From NCBI RefSeq assembly GCF_963921235.1, contig NC_086107.1, positions 110,548,001 through 110,612,000 of the forward strand: a DNA stretch of 64,000 bases, in the 5' to 3' direction. Both the position numbers and the translations under genes were made by a program. The notes beneath the pieces were generated by a model, which saw only the letters and a program-made list of their open reading frames with translations, searched no databases and was not told where the DNA came from. This document shows, one piece after another, positions 1 to 12,359 of the stretch (positions within the stretch are counted from its first letter, which is position 1; each line of letters begins with the position of its first letter). This DNA is from Mobula hypostoma (taxonomy: Eukaryota).

Positions 1-560
1 ACATTATCTCATCTAAATCTGCTTTCATTATTCAAAGCGTTTGATTCCTCATTACAGAAAGAAGTATTTAATGATCAAGAGTGAGAGAATTAGAAATCAT
101 TTAGCTAGAGACTTGATTAGTTGATTTAATTTTGCTGGACTGTGGTGTTTATGTCTCTAGCTCTGCCTGTTCTATATTGCATAAAAATAGATCAAACTTT
201 GATACTGTCTTTCTACCTCGAACTCACTCCAAGGAAAACATTGATCATTGTCTTTTGGGGCGTCACTGAATCATGATAGGTGCCTGGATCCTTTGATTTA
301 AAAACATTGCTCATATTTATAGAATGCTTTCCTCCAGGTACTGAAGCAAAAATGACTTTTGAAGGTGCTCTGCAGAGTTGATCACAGGAATGCACCATTG
401 CAGGCTGGATTATTGAGCTGGTCACTGTGTGTGTTGCAAAGATTGCAGCTGTTCCATTAGAGCGACGGCTGCGTACACTAGGAGCATTAAAATAAACCAC
501 AAGGAGATCTCACTTGGAATGCAAAAAGGGAAGGAGGCTTTCTGACTGGCTGTCTCTCAG

Positions 561-930
561 TGGTGCGACAGCATAGCGGTTAACGCAATCGCTTCACAGC
601 GCCCGAGATCACCGGTCAGGGTTTAATATTGCGAGCAGTTTTGAGCCCCTTATCTAAGAAAGGGTGCGCTGGCGTTGGAGAGGGTCCAGAGGAGATTCAA
701 GTTCAAATATGTGTGAGGAGTTCTTATGCCCTCCCTGTGACTGTGTGGATTTCCTCCAGGTGCTCTGGTTTCCTCCCACATTCCAAAGGCATATTGGTTA
801 GGGTTAGTAAGTTGTGGGCCTGCTATGTCAGCACCCCAGCACAGTCCTCAGACTGTGTTGGGTGTTGATGCGGAATGACACGTCCAACAGCAAGTTTTGA
901 TGTACCTGTGTCAAATAAAGCTAATCTTAT
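561..930 (+). mobile_element. tRNA-derived V-domain SINE (HE1-like), interrupted by a short CR1 piece (~628-697)
   Basis: V-domain-like GATTTCCTCCAGGTGCTCTGGTTTCCTCCCACATTCCAAAG at ~748-788. Related copies at ~1180-1470(-), 9370-9645(-), 11850-12130(+), 27003-27270(+), 27300-27520(-), 44700-44920(-), 46810-47310(+), 53690-53960(-), 63715-63785(+). Confidence 0.75.
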
Positions 931-1550
931 TGTAAACTTAATTAGAGTGGCACCAATTGCCAGTGATTTATGACGTATTGCAGTGCCTTAGGAAACAGAG
1001 GTATATTTATTTAATAGTATTTATTTTAGTGAGATATTTTAAAGAGGCAGAGGAATCTGTCAGATTTAAGCAATGGAGAAGATACTGTTCACCACTCCAT
1101 TTAATAGTCAAAGATTAAGTTCAAAGTTCAAAGAAAATTTATTATTGAAGTATGTCACCATATATCACCCTGAGATTCATGAGATTAGCTTTATTTGTCA
1201 CATGTACTTTGAAACATTGAAACATACAGTGAAATGCATTGTTTGTGACGCGCTGGGGGAGGCCCACAAGTGTCACCACGCTTCTAGCAGCAATCTAGTG
1301 TGTCTACTACTAACCCTAACCTGCATGATTTTGGAATGTGGGAGGAAACTGGGGCACCTGAAGGAAATCCACGTGGCTCCAGGGAGAACGTACAGAAAAC
1401 GGCAGACATTGAACCCTGATCTTCCAATCACTAACGCTGTAAAGCGCTATGCTAGCCGCTACGCTATAGCGCTCTTTCTGCTCCTATGACTTATGGTCCA
1501 CACCTTTGTTGCTGCTGCAGACTGGACCTCTCTCCGTTGTGCCTCTTGAC

Positions 1551-2714
1551 CACTGCTCCCTTCAAGCTATAGTATATGGGTGCACAGCCGCACAGTAACT
1601 GAAATGCTTCCATGCACATAGCCTTTGTAACCACGCATCTGGAATTTTCTTTTTTATAATACTAATATAATTTTGAGATTATGTCAGTATAAATTTGAAA
1701 TCTATGTTAACATAGTTGTGAAATACCCTGTAATTAATTATTGGTATTGCAAACGCCACCAATTTTGAATTTGGAAAAGAGAGTGTTGTACGACTGACAA
1801 AAGAATACTCAGCTATTCTGAACTGCGAAGAAAGCATTGCCTCAAAAATATTGCAGCAATACCGTGATTTCAAATTTGTCATTTCTGAGAAAGTTAAGAC
1901 TGGTTCAATAAAGATGTTCCCAGATGCCAAACTACAGTAGATCAAACTCAAAGTTCAAAGTAAATTTTATTATCAAAGTACGTATATGTCACCATATATA
2001 GCCCTGAGATTCATTTTCTTATGGGCATACTCAGCAAATCTATAGAATAGTAACTACAACAGGATCAATGAGAGATCAATCAGAGTGCAGAAGACAACAA
2101 ACTGTGCAAATGCAAAATTAAATTAATAGTAATAAATAATGAGAATATGAATTAATGAAATTAAGCATCCTTGAAAGTGAGATTATTGGTTGTGGGAACA
2201 TCTCAATGGGCAAGTGAGTGTAGTTATCCCCTTTTGCTCAAGAGCCTGATGGTTGAGGGGTAGTAACTGTTCCTGAACCTGGTGGTGTGTGTCCTGAGGC
2301 TCTTGTACCTTCTACCTGATGGCAGCAGCGAGAAGAGAGCATGGCCTGGGTGCTGACTGCAAATGTGGATTCAGTTTTATGAATTCAAACAAATGTAAAC
2401 CCAGAAACAGACTAGAAGTGGAATATTTGGATGATCTAATGAGGATAAAGACATATCTTTCATCTGGATGTGAAATTTATCTGGACAGTGTTATAGACAA
2501 TGGATTTTGAGGACAGATGAGAAAAATTTTACAGAATTTTTGTATTTCATTATACCCTTCAATTGATAAATACCATCAGAAGTATGTGATTTTTAAACTT
2601 TTATTCTAAATATACATCGTATTACTAAAAACATTTAAAGTGCCGTGCAGTTTTCGGGCCGTGTATAAATTTCCTGCTCAGAGCAATGGTTGGTCCGGCT
2701 AGCTGGGAATGTTG
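1551..2714 (+). mobile_element. decayed hAT DNA transposon remnant with C-terminal dimerisation-domain fragment, interrupted by a LINE 3' end
   Basis: Translation ~2353-2510 ADCKCGFSFMNSNKCKPRNRLEVEYLDDLMRIK resembles the hAT dimerisation motif (xECERGFSxMNxIKxxxRNRL). Degenerate TIRs CACTGCTCCCTTCAAG / CTAGCTGGGAATGTTG. Confidence 0.6.
1946..2352 (-). mobile_element. Rex1/Babar-type LINE 3' fragment
   Basis: Minus strand encodes ...PSGRRYKSLRTHTTRFRNSYYPSTIRLL followed by a 3' UTR ending AATAAAATTTACTTTGAACTTTG; same family as 5715-6230 and 18118-18650. Confidence 0.7.
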
Positions 2715-3214
2715 CTCTTGACTCCACAGAACTCAGTCATGTTCCTGATCCCTGATGCTCCTCATAATGCCCTCAACCCCCCCTATACCTAGGCCAATTT
2801 GCTCATCTGTTCCTCTATCAGCCTGTGCCTTCTTATCTCTTGCAGCCTTTGACCTGGGCACATAACTTAGAAACAGAGTTAACTGGTCTGTAAGGAGGAA
2901 AACATTCTTCACCAGTATCTAATCTCAAGGTTGTGCATCCACGAACATGTCCAGTCCATTACCACATTCCAAGCAGATACCATTTTGTCTAACAAACTTC
3001 CATTTTGTGTTATACATCTTAGCATATACCAATGAGGAATGGGATTCAACTCTTTCCTTACAGTGGTTGAGACAGATAAACAATATTAAGAAGACAATTG
3101 GGCAGGTACATGGATAGGAAAGGTCTTGAGGGCAGATGGAACTTGCTTAGAAGGGAATCTTGGTTGCCATGGACCAGTTGGACTGACAACCCTCATTCTG
3201 ACTCTATAGTTCGA

Positions 3215-3790
3215 CGGTTCAATAGTTCAATTTAATGTCAGAGAATGTATTTAGTATACAACCTGAAATCCTTTCTCTTCATAGACATCCACGAAACAGA
3301 GAGCAAAAGAACCAAAAGAATGAATAACATAAGCATTAGAACTCCAAAGCCCTGATCCCTTTTCCCAATCACAAGCAGCAGCAAAGCATCAACCCTCCCC
3401 ATCTTGTTCTGGCAAAAAGGCATCAGCCACTCCCCCCCCACAGCCCACCAAGCAATAGCAAGCCCCCAGAGATCATGATCTATAGACCATAAAAAAACTA
3501 CTGTCCATCTGAACCCTTTGACATCTCATCTGGCCCTCTCTCTCACTAATGAGGGAGACAGAGGTATTGCGCCTGCCACAGTGAGAGGGAAGGCCAACAG
3601 CTTGTTGCTTCGACGTAACAGCCTGCAGTGTTGCTTATTTTGAGTTCCCACAACTTGAGAATCAGCGGACTCTCTCTCCCCATTGAGAGGGGGAGAGAGA
3701 GCAGTCGCTCGAGTGCAGAAGCCTCCCTGAGTCGCGCTTGCCGTCTTGGTGTTTTGATCTCCTGCGCCTCTTCAGCTGGCGACACTGGAG
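3215..3790 (-). mobile_element. non-autonomous retroelement (unclassified), (TATTGAAC)-type tail
   Basis: Homologous to the + strand copy at ~50170-51015, which is interrupted by a CR1. No coding capacity. Confidence 0.5.
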
Positions 3791-4023
3791 GAAATTTGGT
3801 TTACATGAGATTGATATTTACCAGTTCTGGCATTCTGGGTTGGTTGACCCTGAGGGAGTTGCTGAACTGGACAACCATTAAGATCCAGTTCCAGTTCCCA
3901 GCATCTGGCAAGTGGGCTACAAGAATATTGCGATTGGTTTCCCTGTCACCACGAGGGGTAAGGTGGGTTGGTGGGTGAAGCTATTCATGTGCACACCATC
4001 GCACACACCATCTCACACACTTA

Positions 4024-4760
4024 CACTCAGTGACCAATGTTCCCTCTGAGGCGTGTGCTTGCACACAGCTTTTGCTCCTGGTGCACGGAGGAGTTTAAAC
4101 TGCGCACAAAAGGTTGTCACCCTCTACCTCGTTGGCGTGTTAAGTATATTTCACGATCGGTACACAATCACACTTCCTTTCCCGGTTTCTGGTGCGGACG
4201 GGGTTGACAACGCGGAGTTTGCAATGAATTGTCTGCAGATTTTAGAATTGGCTTATTGATACTGTTTTCATTGAGGAAATTATTCAGAGCGCACATACTG
4301 TCGTCACGGGGCAAAAAACTGCACAGCTCAAGAGTTTTGTGCACACTGGTCATTATAAATTAGAGGGAACATTGCCAGTGATCTCTTTATTAGGTAACTC
4401 CCGTAACTAATAAAGTGGCCACTGAGTGTATGTTCATGGCCTTCTGCTGCTCCATCCCATCCACTTCAAGGTTCGATGTGTTGTGTGTTTAGAGACGCTC
4501 TTCTGCACACCACTGTTGTAACGTGAGTTACTGTCGCCTTCCTGTCAGCTTGAACCAGTCTGGCCATTCTCCTCTGACCTCTCTCATTAACAAGCCCCAC
4601 AGAAATGCCACTCCCTGGATATATGTATGTTTTGTTGCTCTGTAAACTCTCGAGTCTGTCGTGCGTGAAAATCCTGCACAGCTTGCTGCTGCATGATTGG
4701 CTGATCAGATATTTGCGTTAACGGGCAAGTGTACAGGCGTACCTAAAACAGCAGCCACTG
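4024..4760. mobile_element. non-autonomous Tc1-like element (CACTCAGTGGCCACTTTATTAGGT-type TIR family)
   Basis: Same family as 6453-6780, 25140-25400 and 49280-49808; the left TIR is split by the hAT MITE at 4035-4374. Confidence 0.6.
4035..4374. mobile_element. hAT-type MITE
   Basis: TIRs CAATGTTCCCTCT / AGAGGGAACATTG; imperfect 8-bp TSD TCAGTGAC / CCAGTGAT. Confidence 0.7.
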
Positions 4761-5379
4761 ATAGAATACACAGGGACATGCAGCATTATCCGCGTGCATA
4801 CACAGGAACATGGAAGCACGCTTACGCAACTGCGCACTCACACGTAGAGACTAAATCTCCAAAGGGACTTTTGGTGTGATATAGTCTGCAACATTAACTT
4901 GATCTCTGCAGCCATGTGAATGCATAATCACCAGGGCCCTGTGATTAATGCGCACATGCCCTGTCCCCATGGAGTGTTAGGAGGGAGCTGTGTGGGACTG
5001 ATACAATTAAAGTTCAGTGTTCCCCACCAGGCTAAAGACTAAAGAATTTTTCCTTAGGACTGCTTTTAAAAAGAGGCTAGCTGTGGAGGATCATAATTAG
5101 CACTGCCATCCCCTTTGTGTAGCTTTCCTCTCCGTGCCTATTTCTGTCGGTTCTTAAGGGGTTTGTTTCTCTTTTAAGTAGAGTATGTTTCACTGCCAAG
5201 CTGCTGGGAATGTCTGCGTCGCCTGACAGTATGAGGCAGCATCAGGAAAGATCCAGCCATCGGCACAAGGATCTGTGTCAGGGCGTTGGGTTCAGTAACC
5301 TATCATGGTTGAGATTTCTGTTATTCCTTTTCGCCCCTTCTGATTTTACTCTCTTCCGTCCTTGTTTGAAAGAGGTAAA

Positions 5380-5562
5380 GTTCCTCCCTGCACCTCATTT
5401 GGCGCACTGGGTGGCAACTCTGCCATTTCTTTAGCGTTTGTCTGTCTTACTAGGCGGAGTTGCTAGCTCAATGCTCAACCCACGCAAGGAGCGCGGCTGG
5501 ATTCGAACCCGGGACCTCTTGCCCCAAAGTACGGGGCAGATGTCACTACAACACCGGCACAG
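5380..5562 (-). mobile_element. tRNA-derived SINE (second family)
   Basis: Minus strand CTGTGCCGGTGTTGTAGTG...GGGTTCGAATCC (B box); homologous to 30303-30520(+). Confidence 0.65.
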
Positions 5563-5714
5563 ACCTTGTTCAAAAAGCTGGAATGTAAACATGCCAGGTA
5601 TTATTGATTTCATATTTTAAGACTTAAAAATTTGACTGATGCCATTTTTCTAGATTTATGATCTTCAAAAGGCGATGTCTCATAAAAATGGCATCTGTCT
5701 TTAAAGACTCCCAT

Positions 5715-6450
5715 CCCCTAGGAAAATCCTACAAAAGGTAGTGGATTCAGCCCAGTAAATCATGGGTAAAGCCCTCCCAACCGCTGAGCACATCTACATG
5801 AAACGCTGTCGTAGGAAAACAGCATCCATCATCAGAGATCTTCATCACCCATGCTCTTTTCTCACTTCTGCCATCAGGTAGAAGGTACAAGAGCCTCAGG
5901 ACTCACACCACCAGGTTCAAAAACTGTTACTACCCCTCAACCATCAGGCTCTTGAACAAAAGAGCCTCACTTGCTCATCCATTGAGATGTTCCCACAACC
6001 AATGTATCTCACTTTAAGGACTCTATCTGGTTATTTCATGTTCTCGTTATTTATCATCATTTATCTATATTTGTAAATGCACAGCTTGTTGTCTTCTGCA
6101 CTCTGGTTGAGTTTTCATTGATCCTATCATAGTTTCTATTCTATAGATTTGCTGAGTTTGCCTGCAGGAAAGTGAATCTCAGGTGGCATATATATATACT
6201 TTGATAAGAAAAGTTACTTTGAACTTTTAACTTTCTCATTGCTATCATCAAGGAGGAGGTACAGGAGCCTGAAGATATGCACTCACTGTTTTATGAACAG
6301 CTTCTTCCCCTCTGCCATCAGACTTCTGAATGGAGAAAGAACCCATAAATGCCACAGTTTTTGTTTGTCTTTATATGTAGTTTTCCATTGATTCTATTGT
6401 ATTTCTTGTTCTTCTGTGAATGCCTGCAAGAAAATGAATCGCAGGGTAGT
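5715..6450 (+). mobile_element. Rex1/Babar LINE 3' fragments (two adjacent)
   Basis: Peptide-like EHIYMKRCRRKTASIIRD...PSGRRYKSLRTHTTRFKNCYYPSTIRLLN followed by the family 3' UTR. Confidence 0.7.
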
Positions 6451-6452
6451 AT

Positions 6453-6780
6453 ACACTCTGTGGTCACTTTATTAGATGCACCTGTGCACCTGCTTGTTAA
6501 TGCAAATATCTAATCAGCCAATCATGTAGAAGTAATCCAATGCATAAAAGCACGCGGATATGGTCAAGAGGTTCAGACCAAACATCAGAATGGGGAAAAA
6601 ATGTGATCTAAGTGACTGTGACCGTGGAATGATCACTGGTGCCAGATGAGGTGATTTGAGTAAATCAGACACTGCAGATACACTAGAATTTTCACGCACA
6701 AGCGTTTATAGAGAATGGTGTGAGAAACAAAAACAAAATCCGGTGAGTGTCATTTCTGTGGGTGAAAAGCGTCTTGTTTT
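6453..6780 (+). mobile_element. Tc1-like fragment encoding an N-terminal HTH remnant
   Basis: TIR-like CACTCTGTGGTCACTTTATTAG, then MGKKCDLSDCDRGMITGAR...FSRTSVYREW. Confidence 0.65.
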
Positions 6781-6829
6781 TGGGTACTCCTTGGCTTTTC
6801 TCTCCCAATGCGGAAATCAGCTCGAGAGG

Positions 6830-7548
6830 TCTCAGCGCGAGGTTTAAAAAGAGCTTAGGTAGTTTTTGGCTTTTTTCTCAGTGGGCAGCAATCAATGCGG
6901 GATCAATAAAAAGGAAAGAGGTGTAAGTGGAGCAGCTGCTTTTGGAGCTGCAATTGTTGGAGCGGGGTTTTGTTAGAGCGGTCTGGCTTTGGCTCAACAA
7001 GCTTCGATGAGGGAACAAGCTTGGGCAAGCAAAGGTGGAGGTTCTATGCAAGTAAGGAAGAAACTATCTAGTAAGTTTTTTTTTGCTGGTACATAGCCAG
7101 CGCACTGAGAATGGATCTGGGGGTAGTGGCATGTTCCTTGAGTGAGATATGGGAGATTTGGGAGACCTCCAGTCTCCCTGATAGCAACATTTGCATGAAG
7201 TCCATCGAGCTGCATTTCCTTAGAGACCGTGTTAAGGAACTGGAGCTGCAGCTCGATGACCTTTGGCTCATTTAGAAGGATGGGGAGGTGATAGATGGGA
7301 AATGCAAGGAGCTATTCACCCCTAAGTGGCAAATGGAATAAAATGTGGGGAAGTGTATGGTCATGAACCTCAGTAGAAGTAATAAAAGCTTGGACCATTT
7401 TTTAAATGGGGAGAAAATTAAAAAATATCAGAGGTGCGGAGGAACTTGGGAGTCCTTGTGCAGGACTCCCTAAAGGTTAACTTGCAGGTTGAGTCAGTAG
7501 TAAGGAAGACAAATGCAATGTTAGCATTCATTTTGAAAGCACTAGAAA
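6830..7548 (+). mobile_element. internally deleted CR1 LINE (5' UTR/ORF1 start joined to an ORF2 C-terminal piece)
   Basis: ~7130-7270 encodes EIWEIWETSSLPDSNICMKSIELHFLRDRVKELELQLDDL (CR1 ORF1 zinc-finger/leucine-zipper-like), then jumps to ORF2-like KWQME...VVRKTNAMLAFI. Confidence 0.6.
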
Positions 7549-8035
7549 TGAATGGTAGAGTTTGTCACTGAAACGTCGGTTATAATCGATACTTGTGCCC
7601 GGCTGGAAGCCCGAGAAGAGTTTATTTATCATATACGCTGGGAAAACAGTAGTTCATTTTTCCGCAAGGATTAGTTTGTTTAAGGGCTTGACATACTGAA
7701 TAAGTAAAATTTCATTTTCTTAATTTAATTTTCTTATTTTGTAATTTGCAGATTTATGCTGCTTAGCCTGCTTGCCACATTATCTCTGTGGTGTGCCTGG
7801 AGGTGCTTAGTAATTTCAGTATTCAATGAGGTGTCTACTGTATATTTCAAAGTGCAAGCTGGTCATTGGGTTGCAGTTCTTCCTAGATTTAGCTTGCCTG
7901 TAATCTTTCCCGATTTTCAGCAGTCTGTGGTAATTCCATATGTGCAATCCTCCTTCAGCAGTGTTTTTTTTTCAGATTTGAGGTTTAATCTGTAAAGTTT
8001 CTGGACGCAATGATAAATCCATGGTACTTCTGGAC

Positions 8036-8594
8036 CAGTGGTCCCCAATAACCGGGCCACGGACCGGTACCGGGCCGCAAGGAAACGATATGATTTGGCG
8101 ATATGTAACGATGAGTCAGATGCACCTTTCCTCATTCCCTGTCACGCACTGTTGAACTTGAAATAACCTACCAAATAACACATAAAACCTGAAATAACAC
8201 TAACATATAGTAAAATCAGGAATGATATGATAAATACACAGCCTATATAAAGTAGAAATAATGTACATGCAGTGTAGTTTCACTTAACAGAATCGGGAAG
8301 GTTAAGCCAAAACCAATTTGTGGAAAAAAAATTGGCACGTACACACATACGCATGTCATGTATGTGCACGTCACACATGTGCACACAGATGCCCACGCAA
8401 GGCTTCATGGTCATGGTAGTCTTTCTTGGGGTAAACACAAGTGTCCCGTATTTGACTGCTACTTTTGTCCTTTATTTGGGAGTGAGAAAGTTGGCAACCC
8501 TACCTGAACACACTCCCAAACCCTGTCGGCCGGTCCGCAAGAATATTGTCAATATTAAACCGGTCCATGGTGCAAAAAAGGTTGGGGACCCCTG
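8036..8594. mobile_element. hAT-Charlie-type MITE
   Basis: TIRs CAGTGGTCCCCAA / TTGGGGACCCCTG with subterminal CCGG(T/G)CC motifs; degenerate 8-bp flanks TTCTGGAC / TTCTACAT. Confidence 0.7.
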
Positions 8595-8924
8595 TTCTAC
8601 ATAAAGCACGTGTTAAAGCAATTATCTCAGGTGTGAAACTCAGCCTGTGTTATCTCCATAGTCAAAGTTTTAATCTGTAGCATTTCTAGATTGGAATAAC
8701 AGTGTTCTGCAGAACTGCATATCGGACTGGGCTAACTCAATTGTCCGGACTTGTGACAATTGACTTCTATTTTTTTCCAGTTTGAGACTTTCACTGTATT
8801 ATTTGATGTGAATTAATTCCAGGAATTTGACTGAATGATGAAGGGAAATGATTTGAAGCAACATGGAGCTAGGATGGTACTTAAAGCTTACCTTTATCTG
8901 TCACACGTACATTGAAACCTATTG

Positions 8925-9370
8925 AATTTTGACAGGCCTAGATAGAGTGATGTAGAGAGGACGTTTCCTATAGTGGGGGAGTCCAGGACCAGAGGGGACA
9001 GCCTCAGAACACAAGAATGTACCTTTAGAACAGATGGAAGGATGATATTCTGTCACCAGAGGGTGGTGAATCTGTAGAATTCAGTGCCTCAGACAGCTGT
9101 GGAGCCCAAGTATTGAGTACGTTTAAGGCAAAGGTTAATAGGTTCTTCATTAGTCGAGGTGTCAAACTTCAACGGGATTTCTGCCTCAGACAGCTGTGGA
9201 GGCCGAGTCATTGGATATATTTAAACTGGAGGTTCTTGATTGGTCAGGAAGTGAAAGGTTATGGGGGGAAGGCAGGAGACAGGGGTTGAGAGGGATAGTA
9301 AATCTGAATGGGGAGCAGACCCGATGGGCCAAATGGCCCAATTCTGCTCCGATATCTTGGGGTCTTATGG
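8925..9370 (+). mobile_element. CR1 LINE 3' end
   Basis: CAGAGGGTGGTGAATCTGT (QRVVNL) and 3' tail GATGGGCCAAATGGCCCAATTCTGCTCC...TCTTATGG. Further short CR1 3' ends at ~16650-17045(-), 17170-17455(+), 22075-22455(+), 23375-23670(-), 26875-27000(-), 52550-53020(+), 54480-54885(-). Confidence 0.75.
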
Positions 9371-10769
9371 AAACCTACAGTGAAACATGCCAACTGCATG
9401 ATGACCAACACGGTCTGAGGATGCGCTGGGGGCAGCCGGCAAGTGTCGTCACGCTTCCAGCGCCAGCGTAACCTGCCCACAATGTACTAACCCTAAGCTA
9501 TACATCTTTGGAAGGTGGAAGGAAAGCAGAGCACTTGGGGAAAACCGACAGGGAAAATTTACAAACTGCTTGGGAAGGCGGGAATTGAATTCCGATCTCT
9601 TGGCTGGCTCTGTGAAACGTTGCGCTAACCACTGCGTTACTGTGCTGGTCTTGTATAACTTGGAATCCACTTTTAGCCGATGGTGTTTCTCAAGCAATCA
9701 CTCCCCTCGAGCAGAATCAGAATTATTACCACTGACGTACAGTATGTCATGAAATTTGTTGTTCTGTGGCGGCTGTACAGTGCCAGATAAAAAAATGTAC
9801 TGTAAATTTTAATAGGAAATATGAAATGTTTATTAAAAAAATCAGATTAAATAGGTAGGTAGTGTTCATGGATTCATTGTCCATTCAGAAATCTGATGGT
9901 GGAGGGGAAGAAGCTGTTCCTAAATATTGAGTGTGTGTCTTCAGTCTCCTGTACCTCCTCCCTGATGGTAGCAATGAGACGAGGGCTTCCTCTGAGTGGT
10001 GGAGGTGCTTAACAATGGATGCTTGCCCTTTGAAGATAGAGTTTGTGGTTTTTCCTGATTTCTTGTCGAGACAGCCCTGGCGAGTTGCTGAGGTCACCTT
10101 TGTGGACAGTACACATTGTGGCCACAGTGTGTCAGCAGTGAGCAGGCAGGGCGTCAGAAGGGTCTTCCAGCCGGTGGTCTGCCTCGCTGTGTCTGAGGTT
10201 TGGAGCAGCTCTCAGCCAGTCAGGTACGGAGCGCACTGCTGCTCTTCTGGACGGTGTCGAAGTCCGGGATCAGGCCTCTTGCTTTCTTGTGCCCTTACAG
10301 ATGGTTGTAAGGTTTCCTTGTCCTCGGGGTAAACCGCAGGAGGCTGATAGGGGAGCAGGTGGTGACAAGTCAGAGGGGAGGCGCGAGTGTGGAACGAGCT
10401 GCCGGCGGAAGTGGTGGAAGCAGGTTTAATTTCAACACTTAGGAGGGATTTGGATGGGTACTCGGATGGGAGAGGTATGGAGAGCTGTGGTCCAGTGCGG
10501 GTCGATTGGAGCAGGCAGGATGATAGTTCGGCAAGGAGTAGATGCCTGCTTTTGTAGTGCGCTCTCACTCTGCGACTCATAATGGTCGCTACCTGGCACT
10601 CGTACGGCACAAATGTAACTTGCCTCTTACTGAATGTCATCCATCTCCGGGCTTGCCCTACAGAAGCCACTGAACAGCAGGCAAGATAATGTATTCTTAC
10701 AGCATAGAATAATCTCATTATTACTTCCATTGGCTTGATCGAGCAAGGATGCCTTGTCTTTGGGCTACA

Positions 10770-11650
10770 TAAGACACAGGAGCATGATTAGGCCATTCAG
10801 CCCATCGAGTCTGCTCCATCATTCCATCATGGTTGACTTATTATCCCTCTCAACCCCATTCTCCTGCCTTCTTCACATAACCTTTTTGCTTTTCCTAATC
10901 AAGAGCCTGTTAACCCCTTGCACAGGCAGGCACCTTACGGTTTCCACTCAGCTAACAGGAGTCAACTGCCGCTCATTTCCAACTCAGCACCTGCAGCCTA
11001 TTTAAACCCAGCTCTCATCCACGGTCCTTGTTCACTTATTGAACCAGCGATCCTCAACATGCTGCTCCTGGCCTTCAGTTACCTTGTTGAGTTAAGTATC
11101 TGCTCCCTCTCGTTTTGTGGCCCCTTGTGGCTTGTTATTTCACAGGTTAATATTAATGTGATCCCTCCTGCTAAATTATCCCTGCTGCTCTGCATTTGGG
11201 TCAAACTTCCTCCACATTTCCTGACACCTCTGCTCTAACTACACCCAAATGGCTTGGCCTCTTCAGCCATCTGTGGCAATGAATTCTACAGATTCACCAC
11301 CTTCTGGCCAAAGAAATTCCTACTCATCTCCATTCTGAACGCTCCACCCTTTGGTCCTCACTATCGGAAACATCGTCTCTACATCCACTCTATCTATGCC
11401 TTTCAATATTCAATAGGTTTCAATGAGATCACCCCCTTGTTCTTCTAAACTCCAGCGAGTACAGGCCCAGAGCCATCCAAAGCTTCTCAAATGTTAACCC
11501 TTTCATTCCCGGAGTCATTCCCGTGAGCCTCCTTGGGACCCTCTCCAAAACCATTACATCCTTTCTGAGATAAGGGAGCCAAAACTGCTCACAATACTCC
11601 AAGTGCGGCCTGATCAATGCCTTATAAAGCCTTAGCATTACATCCCACAA
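10770..11650 (-). mobile_element. CR1 LINE 3' fragment interrupted by a solo LTR
   Basis: ORF 11429-11650 MLRLYKALIRPHLEYCEQFW...LERVPRRLT is CR1 ORF2 C-terminus. Confidence 0.8.
10919..11226 (+). mobile_element. probable solo LTR (Gypsy-like)
   Basis: TG...CA termini (TGCACAGG / CCTGACA), TATA-like TATTTAAA at ~10999, imperfect 5-bp TSD CCCCT / CCTCT; the CR1 sequence resumes directly after it. Confidence 0.6.
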
Positions 11651-12359
11651 ACAGAGCTAGGATTTCAAATATTCCATCTATTAAGTTTGAGATATAGTCT
11701 CTCTAATGTTTCTACATGATAGGTTTGATGTTTGCTCTCTTGGTAAGTGTACTTAAGGATGAAATTGATTGAAATTCGGACATTGTGTAATTTAGAGGAC
11801 ATGGGGATTAAACAGAAACATGAATTAGAGACTGAATGGTTCCTGATCTGCGGTGTTCAGTCTGGTTAGCGCATTCTTCACAACGCCAGTGACGCAGGTT
11901 CAGTTCCTGCCACTGTCTATAAGAACTTTGTACGTCCTTCCTGCGACTGCGTGGGTTTCCTCCGGGTGCTCCGGTTTCCTCCCATAGCCCAAAGACGTGC
12001 TGGTTAGTAGGTTAATTGGTCATTGTAAACTGTCCTGTGTGTGGGTGGGTTGCTGGGCAGTGCAGTTCAAAAGGCCAGAAGGGCCTGTTTCATACTGTAT
12101 CCCTAAATACGAATAAAATAAATAAAATAAAGCAGAAAATATCGACCTAGTCAAGCAATGTTACACACAAATTCTGGCTGACGTGATGAGCATTTCCATT
12201 GTCTCCTGTTAGTGTTTAATCAATGTTTAATAGCTTTTCAGCTGTTCTTTTTCTAGATTCAAAGTAGGTTTCAGTCTGATAGATTCCTTGAATCAAAGAT
12301 CAATGTTTAGTTTTATCTGTCGCATCTACATCAAAGAAAGTAGCGAAATGTCGAGCACT

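Noticed and set aside
213..500. 95-aa minus ORF, or a possible plus-strand exon after TTTCCTCCAG at ~338
   Set aside because: No recognisable protein motif and the plus-strand frames close quickly; kept only as a candidate unique island.
3825..3962. Possible exon bounded by TTTACCAG and GTAAGG
   Set aside because: Weak polypyrimidine tract, no recognisable peptide and no partner exons.
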